Origin: a virus
Taxonomy: Duplodnaviria > Caudoviricetes
Reading direction: 5' to 3' (one strand)
Length of the DNA: 64,000 bases
Virus record (IMG/VR): IMGVR_UViG_3300028833_000071
Numbering within the stretch: the first letter of the stretch is position 1; each line of letters begins with the position of its first letter. The translations under genes were made by a program, and so were the position numbers. This document shows, piece after piece, positions 57,400 to 64,000 of this stretch. The notes beneath the pieces are model-generated. The model did no database searches. It was not told the origin of the DNA and saw only the letters and a list, made by a program, of their open reading frames with translations.

Positions 57400-59008
57400 A
57401 TGTTTAAAAATTCAAAAGAAGATGGCCCAATGACCATCAGTAAAAAAGTTATCATTGGTATTGTTAGTGTTGCAATCGCAATAATTATGATTTGTATTTG
57501 CGGTTCGCTTTTTGAAGATGCCGACAAATCAAAGAACTATGTATGCCAAATGCCTATTACAGGTGAGTACCATGTATGGACCGAAGGCGGTTTGCAAATG
57601 CAAATGTTTGGTAATGTAGAGTCCTATAGCAAGACTTCTCAAGTTGAGTTTACAGGTATTGAGAAAAATGAATTTGGCTATGTTGCTGTAGGAAAGAACC
57701 CAGCTGCTTCAGTCACGTTTAATGATAAAAAATTCTAAAATATTTTCCGTGTCATATTGATTTTTTGTTAATGTCGTGCTATTTATAAATAAAGATTCAA
57801 CAATTTTTTTACAAAGAAAATATGACAAATATTTAGAATATTGTCGTCTTTACGAGAAATCATAAAGATTATCACAGGGCAATATCGGTGAAGTTAGAAA
57901 TGATAATACCGAGATAAACAACAAGATTGCGAAAGGCTTGTTGTCATCGTAACGAGTAGGAACTGAATAAATATAATGTTCCCAAGAGTGTCCTGCCCTT
58001 AACACATAATGGTGAAGGTGAAAATGTACTCTGGACTATGCTAAAGAATAATCGGATAAAAAAGGCATAGATTTATGGGATAAAGAGCCCATAAGGTAAC
58101 AAACGAATGGACGTGGTATGATAGTTGGCTCATTCCGTGTAGTTTTGCCGACAGACAAACAAAACATGGAAAAGATTCAGAGAGATTTCGGTTCAGAAGA
58201 GGCTTTGATTAACAACATCGTTAGACCTACACTTTATAAAGTTGTAACAGCGTGTGGCCCTCTTATGTCATCACTGCAATCAGTATCTGAAACTCGTACA
58301 GACCTTATTGATTATATTACAGACCAATTGAATAACGGTGTGTACAAGACAAAGGCCGTTAAGACAGAGGTGCTTAACGAGATTACAGGTGAAAAGGAAA
58401 TGAGAACCACTGCTCAAATTATAGAGGATAGTTTGGCACCTCGTGGTTATAAGAGACAAGAGGTTTCACCCTTTAGCCAATATGGTATTACTTGTGGTTT
58501 GGTGTCAATTACTGATATTAAGTATGATGCTGCAACACAAGACCAAATTGATGCTCAAAAGCAAGCTAATTTGGCTGTTATAACTTCAAAAACAAGGTCA
58601 ATAGAAGCAATGCAAAAGACCATCCAAATTGCTGAGGAAGGTAAGGCAGCAACAGAAAAGGCTAAGTGGGAACAAGAGCGTATAAAGATTGTCGAAGTCA
58701 CTAAGGCTGAACAGGAACGAGAGGTTTCACGACTTGCAGCAGAAAAGGCCGAGTTCGATAAGAAACGAGTTATTGCTGAAGGTGAGGCTAAGGCCGCAGC
58801 AAATAGAGCACTTGTTGCAGCAGGTCTTACTCCTATTGAAAAGGCAACAATTGAAAAGGAAACCAAGATTGGTGTTGCACAGGCTTTGAAAGATATTAGA
58901 CTTCCAAAGATTGTTATGACAGGCAATAATGGCGGTGGTGGAAATACAGCATTTGATGCCATGGGCCTGAAAGCAATGACAGAACTTGTGGATAAAATGT
59001 CGGAGTAA
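57400..59008 (+). CDS. SPFH/band-7 domain membrane protein split by group I intron (exons 57400-57726, 58106-59008)
   Basis: Exon join gives ...VTFND|NGRGMIVGSFRV...; TM anchor, SPFH core, AE-rich coiled coil. Confidence 0.8.
57727..58105 (+). ncRNA. group I self-splicing intron (no intact ORF)
   Basis: 5' exon ends U, intron ends G, in-frame join; P7 GAGUA (57954-58)/UACUC (58027-31); IGS AUUGUCGU (57840-47) pairs with both exons. Confidence 0.8.
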
Positions 59009-59108
59009 ATAAAATTACTTTAATCAAAAATATGTGGGGCAATTATTAAAATTGTCCCTTTTTTGTTTTTAAAAAATAATTTTGTATATTTGTAATAAAA
59101 AACAGAAC

Positions 59109-59603
59109 ATGGAACCAAACATTAGTGAAGACATGATAAACGAGTTGCATCAGTTGACTGGCGCAGGCATGATGCGGTGCAAGGAGTCACTATCTGCACT
59201 TGTAGAAGCGTTAAAGGCAAACATAAATAGACCGAGAAAAACGGACGTAGGATATAAAATTAAAATTGATTTTGAAGAATATCCTTTAAGGAAACCGCCA
59301 ATAACACAGGCAGCGCCCAGCTTTATTAGATTTATTGGGGTGTGTGGTGATGAATTGCAACCATCATGCAAACGAGAATGCACTTATTTTTCGTGCGATT
59401 ACGAGTTTGGAGAACTTCCAGAGACTCTTAATAAAGTATATAATGCGTATCAAAAAGAAAATTTTAAGACATTTTCTGAACGAAATGATGATGTACTTAC
59501 AGAATTAACAAGACAAATGTTTAAAGAGTTTGATGATTTCCTTAAGAAAGAATTTGGCAAAAAATTCGTTCATACGGAATATTTTACGACAACTTTTTCA
59601 TAA
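59109..59603 (+). CDS. hypothetical protein with EF-Ts-like N-terminal helical motif
   Basis: ISEDMINELHQLTGAGMMRCKESL resembles EF-Ts I.A..VKELR..TGAGMMDCKKAL. Confidence 0.7.
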   Translation: MEPNISEDMINELHQLTGAGMMRCKESLSALVEALKANINRPRKTDVGYKIKIDFEEYPLRKPPITQAAPSFIRFIGVCGDELQPSCKRECTYFSCDYEFGELPETLNKVYNAYQKENFKTFSERNDDVLTELTRQMFKEFDDFLKKEFGKKFVHTEYFTTTFS

Positions 59604-59613
59604 AAAAGTAAAG

Positions 59614-59631
59614 TTTGGCACAGTTTTTGTA
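59614..59631 (+). promoter_or_regulatory. sigma54-like promoter separated from gene 61077 by the IS insertion
   Basis: TTTGGCACAGTTTTTGTA immediately before the IS right end. Confidence 0.6.
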
Positions 59632-59634
59632 TAA

Positions 59635-61040
59635 CTGACATACTCCCACGATTGAAATCGTGGGGTTCTTAATTTCTTAAGAACCTGTATTTATCAACAA
59701 GTTATTCTTGTTGACCACGCTTGACACATCAAGTGGCGCTGTCAGCAGCGCAAGGTGATTTTGTTCATATCGCTTCAATATGTTAATCGCAGCGTTTAAA
59801 TCACGGTCTATTACTATGGAATCGGAAATCTGTACCGTCCTGTCGGACAGTCCAACCCTTTCCTCAAACAATTTGCCGGTCAGACAGTTTTGTTGTGTTG
59901 TCCATTTCTCGTTAATGGAAATAAGTTCAGTATTGCTGTTCTGACATTTGTATGACAAATATTCCATAAATGTGGCTATTGATGATTCACTGAAGTTGCG
60001 AGAATTCTTCGTTAACTTGTTGCTTCTCTTCTCCATCAGTGTCTTCACACTCAAGTCACCAACTACAATTGTCTTGTAGTTCATATTCACCAATTTCTTG
60101 CTCTGAATATGCAGAGTCTGTTTTATCTGTGCATTTTTCCTTTTATACAGTTTGTTCTTCACCTTCTTTAACTTGCAGTGACGGCTGCTGCCCTTTGTGC
60201 ATTTATCCATTTTGGACTGAACTGACGATATCTGCTTGCGGAAATACTTGTTTATCCTTCTTGCTTTGTTCGGTATCGTGACAACATTGCCCAAATTATC
60301 GACACAGTTGCACAGGTTTTTAATGCCAAGGTCAATCGCAAGTACCTTGTTTTCAGTTGTCAACACCTCTTCTTCGTCAACATGGTTTGCTACACCTAAG
60401 TCAAGCAGATATTTTCCGTTGACCATCTTCAGTTTGACTTCCTTGACAGTTAAAGACTTGTAGTCAATATTCGGGATACCTTTATAAGTTACGGCAATAC
60501 CATTTACTTTCAATGTGGTGTTATTTATGAATTTCCATCCCGATTGGTTGTACACAACAGTGTGAAATTTGTCAACATCGTTGATTTTATGGGGCGGTTT
60601 CGCTGTATGGTCTTTTTTAACCAAAGTGAAAAAAGACTTGTATGAGGAATAGATTTCCTTGGCAACCCTTTGGCTTGCCTTGGAGTTAAGGCAAGTTAAA
60701 AAGGGATTTTCTTTTCTGAGGAAGGTTATATCTCTGTCAAGGTCAAATTCGGTTTTTATCTTTCCTGTTGTTTCATAGGTTTGGTTTTCGATGTCGATAA
60801 GCAGGTTATACAAAAGGTTCCTTGCAAGGGACAGGTTTTTCAGTTCCTGCTCCTGCTGACCATTCGGGAAAAGTCTTAATGTATATGTCCTGTACTGTAT
60901 CATCACTTATAAATAGTATAATTATTAAAAAAAGTCAAGAAATTAATAAAAAATTTTATTTATTTAATAAAAAAATTGTATATTTAGGATAGAGCAATTC
61001 ATCCCACGACTAAAGTGGTGGGCTTTCTTGCTCGTTTATC
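59635..61040 (-). mobile_element. IS200/IS605-family element (tnpB only, IS1341-like)
   Basis: Subterminal hairpins CCCACGATTGAAATCGTGGG and CCCACGACTAAAGTGGTGGG; both ends recur at 15527 and 17610; TTAC precedes the left end in both copies. Confidence 0.85.
59677..60903 (-). CDS. tnpB: RNA-guided endonuclease TnpB
   Basis: RTYTLRLFP, LAIDLG (RuvC-I), IVVGDL, NEKWTTQ, DRDLNAAINI (RuvC-III). Confidence 0.92.
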   Translation of the reverse strand: MIQYRTYTLRLFPNGQQEQELKNLSLARNLLYNLLIDIENQTYETTGKIKTEFDLDRDITFLRKENPFLTCLNSKASQRVAKEIYSSYKSFFTLVKKDHTAKPPHKINDVDKFHTVVYNQSGWKFINNTTLKVNGIAVTYKGIPNIDYKSLTVKEVKLKMVNGKYLLDLGVANHVDEEEVLTTENKVLAIDLGIKNLCNCVDNLGNVVTIPNKARRINKYFRKQISSVQSKMDKCTKGSSRHCKLKKVKNKLYKRKNAQIKQTLHIQSKKLVNMNYKTIVVGDLSVKTLMEKRSNKLTKNSRNFSESSIATFMEYLSYKCQNSNTELISINEKWTTQQNCLTGKLFEERVGLSDRTVQISDSIVIDRDLNAAINILKRYEQNHLALLTAPLDVSSVVNKNNLLINTGS

Positions 61041-61076
61041 GTAAAAGAAATAGAAATTAATTAAAATTTAAAAAAC

Positions 61077-62585
61077 ATGAATAAAAGATTCGTATTAAGC
61101 AAAGAAAGTAACCCAAACTACCTTTGCAGTATTTGTAGACTTGGTGAAACATTCCCAATTGAGGGCGCTGATAAACTTGTTAAGACCGTGGTAAACGGTT
61201 ATGATATTGTTATTGGCAAGGATTACAAGGAGGGGGATATTGTAGTTTATTTCCCCGTTGAAACCGCTATTAGCGAGATGTATCTTTCAGCAAACAATTT
61301 GTTTGAGCGTTCAGAATTTGAGCGTAATGCAAATGCTGACTCTGTAAAGGAATACCTTATTGAATTGGAGAATGCTGATAATGAGAATGACACACAAAAG
61401 GCTGAAGAGTTGTCAGCTAAGATTAAATCAATGTGTGGATTTTTCAATAAACATGGACGTGTTCGTATTTTGAAACTTCGTGGACAATATTCCATGGGAT
61501 TTATTGCAGGTGTTGATTCACTTGTTAACTATGACCCGACATTGAAAGATACTGATTGGGAGAGTCTTGTGGGAACACAATTTGACTATATTGATGACAA
61601 GGAGTTCTGCCATAAGTATATACCAATGATTAATGGAAGACGAGGACAAAATCAAAACCATGATTCAAAGGGCAAATCAATATGGAAGTGGAGAATGAGA
61701 AAATTGAAGAAATTCAATAGACTTGTTGATGGACAATTTGAATTTCATTATTCTACTAAAATGCTTCCAGAGCATATTAATGAGTTCAAGCCTGATGATA
61801 TTGTTGCCATAAGCACTAAAATTCATGGAACGAGTGTGATATTGTCTAACATCCTTGTTAATAGGAAACTTTCAATTTGGGAGAAAATCAAAAAGTTCTT
61901 TGGTTTTAAAGTACCTATGACTGAATATGGTAACATATATTCTTCAAGAAGTGTTATCAAGAATCAATACTTGGATAAAGATAGACGTGGTTTCTATGGC
62001 GTTGATATATGGGGTTGTGTAAACAGAGATTTTTCACCTTATCTATCTGAAGGTATGACCGTATATGGCGAAATTGCAGGTTATCTTGAGAATTCAACTA
62101 AAATGATTCAAAAGCAGCACGATTATGGCTGCAAACCTGGCCATTGGAAATTTATGCCATATCGAATTACCGAGACTGATGTTGATGGTAATAAGAAAGA
62201 GTGGGAACTTGCAGAAGTTGATGCATGGACACATAAACTTGTCGAAGAGCACCCTGAACTTGCCGATAAGACCCTTTTCTTGGATATTATCTATCAAGGC
62301 CGTTTCGGTGATATGTACCCTGATGTTCCAGAAGATGAAAATTGGAACAAGAATATTCTTGCAAGAATGAAGGGTGATAGGGAACTTATCCTTATGGAGG
62401 AAGATGAACCTATGTGCAAAAACAAAGTTCCTCGTGAGGGTGTTGTTGTCAGACTTGTAAATGACCAATTTGCAAGGGCATGGAAATTAAAGAGTGCAAG
62501 ACATTATTCACTAGAAGCTAAACAGCACGATAATGGTGAGGTTGATATGGAAGAGGCTGATTCCTCACAAGAAGAGAATGCTTAA
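61077..62585 (+). CDS. RNA ligase (DRB0094/Rnl2-like) with N-terminal OB-fold
   Basis: PIEGAD.L, KLRGQYSMG, motif I STKIHGTS, SSRSV, YGEI.G, EGVVVR, WKLKS. Confidence 0.85.
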   Translation: MNKRFVLSKESNPNYLCSICRLGETFPIEGADKLVKTVVNGYDIVIGKDYKEGDIVVYFPVETAISEMYLSANNLFERSEFERNANADSVKEYLIELENADNENDTQKAEELSAKIKSMCGFFNKHGRVRILKLRGQYSMGFIAGVDSLVNYDPTLKDTDWESLVGTQFDYIDDKEFCHKYIPMINGRRGQNQNHDSKGKSIWKWRMRKLKKFNRLVDGQFEFHYSTKMLPEHINEFKPDDIVAISTKIHGTSVILSNILVNRKLSIWEKIKKFFGFKVPMTEYGNIYSSRSVIKNQYLDKDRRGFYGVDIWGCVNRDFSPYLSEGMTVYGEIAGYLENSTKMIQKQHDYGCKPGHWKFMPYRITETDVDGNKKEWELAEVDAWTHKLVEEHPELADKTLFLDIIYQGRFGDMYPDVPEDENWNKNILARMKGDRELILMEEDEPMCKNKVPREGVVVRLVNDQFARAWKLKSARHYSLEAKQHDNGEVDMEEADSSQEENA

Positions 62586-62594
62586 AAGGCATAA

Positions 62595-62625
62595 AAAAAG
62601 GCTCTGAGTAACTCAGGGCCTTTTC
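62595..62625. terminator. bidirectional intrinsic terminator
   Basis: AAAAAGGCTCTGAG-taa-CTCAGGGCCTTTT. Confidence 0.75.
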
Positions 62626-62630
62626 TGTTT

Positions 62631-63386
62631 TCATAATGGTTTATATTCAAAATTTCGAACCTTAAATGGTGTATAAAGTTCATTTGGCACTTTAGATGGG
62701 TCAGCCACATAAATATCAATTATAGCATCCATTAAATATCCGTGTTCAGGCGTTCTAAGATTTTCCGTTAACATATGGGCATATTTTTTACCCACAGTAC
62801 GATTTACTTTTCCATTGGCCTTGAATGTAATCTTATCAGGCTCCCAAATGCACTCATATTTAATCCAATTTTCAGTGGGGTCTAGTTTTTGTTTACAATA
62901 AGGAATATTTTTTGATTTAATATTCCTATGTATTAAATCCTCATCATTATAATGGACATTTGATGTTGTCAGCCATGATGGATTTATCCATGGGAATTCT
63001 TTTGTGAATATTTCCCAATAGTCTTTATTCTTTGACCATGCTTCACATATATCAATTTCAGGTGGCCAATTGCCATCGCCGCTTAACCAAAATGAAGCGC
63101 CTACATTTAATCCTTTAGGCATTAATGCTTCTACAGAGAAAGTGCCATAATCAAATGAGGTTAATGACCTTATAAGACCTCTTTCTAATGAAGGATGATA
63201 AATTTTTCCATCCCAATATTTAACATCTTTGGGATTTGGCCTATAATACATTGAAATTTCATTGTTTTCGTTTATTTTAACGACATCAGGTGTGTCACTA
63301 AGCCAATAATAAGGCTCGTCAGGATGTATTATCCTACCACCTTCCATTTTGCAGTCCCAATCATAACCGCACCAATTTATTACCAT
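62631..63386 (-). CDS. glycoside hydrolase family 16-like protein
   Basis: FDYGTF, SFWL, WPPEIDICE catalytic ExDxxE, Y..IW.PD.I.F; late motif at 63403. Confidence 0.85.
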   Translation of the reverse strand: MVINWCGYDWDCKMEGGRIIHPDEPYYWLSDTPDVVKINENNEISMYYRPNPKDVKYWDGKIYHPSLERGLIRSLTSFDYGTFSVEALMPKGLNVGASFWLSGDGNWPPEIDICEAWSKNKDYWEIFTKEFPWINPSWLTTSNVHYNDEDLIHRNIKSKNIPYCKQKLDPTENWIKYECIWEPDKITFKANGKVNRTVGKKYAHMLTENLRTPEHGYLMDAIIDIYVADPSKVPNELYTPFKVRNFEYKPL

Positions 63387-63444
63387 AACATTTAATTTTA
63401 TAATAAATAGTTTTTAAAAAAACTTTTTTGTATATTTGAATTAG

Positions 63445-63462
63445 TTTGGCATAGAATTTGAT
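63445..63462 (+). promoter_or_regulatory. sigma54-like promoter
   Basis: TTTGGCATAGAATTTGAT upstream of 63489. Confidence 0.5.
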
Positions 63463-63488
63463 GAAGAAAATATATAAATAATTAAAAC

Positions 63489-63659
63489 ATGAAAATCACG
63501 AAAGAAGAGTATAACTATTTTTGGACATGGATGGAAATACCATTGAAGGATGTACCTAATGATGCATTACTTTGGTGTTATAAACAGGATAAGCAAAATT
63601 CAATAATGTCAAAGTCCATTTGGAAAAGTGAAATAGATAGAAGAGGTTTAACAGTTTAA
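63489..63659 (+). CDS. small hypothetical protein (56 aa, not in ORF track)
   Basis: MKITKEEYNYFWTWME... with AT-rich leader. Confidence 0.55.
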   Translation: MKITKEEYNYFWTWMEIPLKDVPNDALLWCYKQDKQNSIMSKSIWKSEIDRRGLTV

Positions 63660-63670
63660 AATAATAAAAT

Positions 63671-64000
63671 ATGGCACAAAATATTAATAGACTAGAAGTT
63701 TTTAAAGCGATACAAACAATTTCCAATTACATTAAAAATGACGGAAAAAAATCAAAAAAAGTTAAAGAAGCATTTCAATTGCTGTCTGATTTTTTTAATA
63801 TAAATAATGAAAAAGAGATAAGTATATTGTCGGTAATTTATTATGATTTTATGAGCACTGATTTTGGGCGATATTGCTCAAAGGACTATATATCTTTCCA
63901 TTCACTATTAGAAGGTTTCGGTAAAAAGGACATTATTGGCTTATTTGAAATGCAGGCTGAAATTGATGATTTATGTGCAAGACGGCTTATTTTTATTTAT
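63671..64000 (+). CDS. hypothetical protein, 3'-truncated by window edge
   Basis: Open frame from ATG 63671 to window end. Confidence 0.6.
   Translation, partial: MAQNINRLEVFKAIQTISNYIKNDGKKSKKVKEAFQLLSDFFNINNEKEISILSVIYYDFMSTDFGRYCSKDYISFHSLLEGFGKKDIIGLFEMQAEIDDLCARRLIFIY

Noticed and set aside
57400-57738. Independent 112-aa gene
   Set aside because: Better explained as exon 1 of the intron-split SPFH gene
1-64000. Genome-wide TAG-to-Gln recoding (code 15)
   Set aside because: Long genes, including late structural genes, are intact in code 11, and TAG ends the NADAR gene normally at 53066-53068
1-64000. Complete DGR (RT and TR), tRNA genes, CRISPR array
   Set aside because: No RT motifs, AAC-rich template, cloverleaf or repeat-spacer array were recognisable in this window

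Overview
AT-rich (roughly 30% GC by eye), gene-dense segment of a very large Bacteroidota-infecting (Prevotella/Bacteroides-like) jumbo phage, read in the standard genetic code. It holds accessory and metabolic genes: RNA/tRNA repair (two RNA ligases, HD-kinase, Thg1, CCA enzyme, Pol-beta nucleotidyltransferase), NAD/ADP-ribose handling (PncA, ARG hydrolase, NADAR), GMP reductase, RmlC, SSB, thioredoxin, IF-1, DnaJ and Hsp20. Late operons for fibres, an amidase and putative internal head proteins are interspersed. Main non-obvious structure: (1) a family of 25-bp IS1595-type terminal inverted repeats, including a complete transposase-less 1.1-kb element (10587-11709, 8-bp target duplication) carrying a late-promoter-driven, DGR-target-like fibre gene; (2) a shared 'IRLTESQL..IV.ESV..VL.E' peptide on at least six unrelated late proteins (ArdA, ART-like, prim-pol-like and others), a candidate capsid-loading tag; (3) three promoter classes, including nine sigma54-like GG-N10-G(T/A) sites and a late ACTATTTAT motif; (4) a tnpB IS200/IS605 element plus a nested IS605/IS1595 composite and ~45-bp mini-elements; (5) an ORF-less group I intron splitting an SPFH gene; (6) a Gly-initiated class 3 intein; (7) a CTG-TAG-CTA interruption inside a metallophosphoesterase catalytic motif. 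Family assignments come from motif recognition only; no searches were run.
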